Positions 62,580-64,000 of a stretch of 64,000 nt of DNA are shown here, piece after piece (the first letter of the stretch is position 1; each line of letters opens with the position of its first letter). A program made the translations under genes and the position numbers. The stretch covers positions 13,214-77,213 of the forward strand of contig RDEW01000108.1 in the NCBI GenBank assembly GCA_011109175.1, read 5' to 3'. Below the pieces are notes generated by a model, which saw only the letters and a list, made by a program, of their open reading frames with translations, made no database searches and was not told where the DNA came from. This stretch comes from Dicyema japonicum. Its lineage: Eukaryota; Animalia; Dicyemida.

Positions 62580-62830
62580 TCAAATAGTCCCCGTCGACAT
62601 AATCGATATAGCGTTGCCCCTCATGATTGGAACGTAGATCAATTAGATCCCACGTACGTCATGGCTATCAATTGTAGCCAAATATCCAAGCTTTTTGAGA
62701 AACGAAACGATTTCCCGCTTATTTCTCCAGTTGTCTAAATCACGACGCCCGAAACGTGAACCGGTTAACATCACTTTATTTCTTTTCATAGACCTTCTCT
62801 GCTTTTCCACCGCAGCATAGTGTTGTATTC
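62580..62830 (-). mobile_element. CRE-type 3' fragment
   Basis: Homologous to 44935-45200. Confidence 0.7.
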
Positions 62831-63212
62831 ATGTTAATTCAATGTTATTTGCATGAACGGAAAACATTATGCATAAGTTTGTGAAATAGAATCTATGCCA
62901 CAATTTGGATTATTTTTTGAATTGTGACAACTGCAGTTGTGAAAAATCGTCCTATTGAATTTTCTTTGAAATCCAATACAGATTGAGGATATCTGAAGTG
63001 GTTGAATCTCATGATATTGATGATTTAGCCAGCTCGATTTTATTAGTTGACTGCGCTAGAATTGAGTTTACCGATTACTTTATTGAAGATCATCAAAAAG
63101 CCTATAGAAAACGCGTCTTTAACTTGTGTATCACCTCATCAAAAAAACTATAAAGGACAGAGGATTCCACATATAAGCCCTCATAAAAATGCCCTCGTCA
63201 AACAAACTATCG

Positions 63213-63456
63213 AAGACGCCGGTTTCACATATATATGTCATTATCAAAAAACAACTAAAGATAAAGGGTCCTCTTGTATTCTTAAAACTGTTAGGAAGGA
63301 AACCAAGAGATCAAATTATCTGACAGCGATGGCAAAGACGCCGGTTTCACATATATATGTCATTATCAAAAAACAACTAAAGATAAAGGGTCCTCTTGTA
63401 TTCTTAAAACTGTTAGGAAGGAAACCAAGAGATCAAATTATCTGACAGCGATGGCA
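63213..63456. repeat. Tandem duplication, 122-nt period
   Basis: Exact copy beginning AAGACGCCGGTTTCACAT. Confidence 0.9.
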
Positions 63457-64000
63457 TGGAGCAAGTAAAAATATCCCACATAGGATTTTATATTACAGAA
63501 CTTACAAAATATTGAAAATCTTGTGTTTCTGTTGCTGAAGAACCCAAAAGGAAATACTACCGTGCCCCAACGGTGGAAGATTTTTTAATCCATTTCTTTT
63601 TATATTAATGGAGATCTCGACCACATCATGTTGTGTTTAAAAAGTTAGTCTTAGAAAAAACAATAATTACAAAACAGCTCATCTAAAATATTGGATTCGT
63701 CGTAACTCTGAATCTATTCTGTGAACATCTACTCATCTGCCTCCATTACTGATTTCCATCTCTCTGGTTTTCGNATTATTCCACTAAATAACGATACAAC
63801 TCGGTTTTTATTGATCACACCCCAAATAGGTACATTATTACGTAGCATTTCAAAAGTATTATTATTCCACATCACTATAGCATTGCTTACTATACACGTA
63901 TATATAACTATTATCAATTAATTATATAAACCTAGTAATCGGAGCATTCTCACAGCAATTGTTCTAATTATGAATCAAAATTATTTATATTTAAATAAAA

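Overview
AT-rich eukaryotic (animal-type) genomic DNA in which I found no clearly intact gene. It is a dense graveyard of nested, decayed transposons: at least five non-LTR retrotransposon lineages (a gag+APE+RT LINE, a LINE whose ORF ends in 'GIT*', two RTE-type families, CRE-type RLE elements, one R4-like RT), two Buster-type hAT elements with 8-bp TSDs, a complete Ginger-like integrase element with TIRs, a TIR-bounded element and several SINE-like families. Between them lie eight disabled host-gene copies (GH18 chitinase, cytoplasmic dynein HC, divergent proteasome beta-like subunit, novel PKC epsilon/eta, SLC25A39/40, TRF-like telobox protein, axonemal dynein HC, kinesin-14). Where their introns can be resolved, they are 21-27-nt GT-AG micro-introns, which suggests a dicyemid-like or similarly reduced parasite (inference). 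The strongest candidate for something undescribed is a multi-copy non-coding retroelement. It has a 5' hairpin, a covarying nested pseudoknot in HDV-ribozyme helix order but without canonical HDV core sequence, and a 3' end borrowed from the GIT LINEs, whose terminal codons pair with the 3'UTR. The frameshifts I could resolve are mostly 1-nt losses in homopolymer runs. All protein calls are by-eye motif recognition, and boundaries are approximate unless TIR/TSD coordinates are given.
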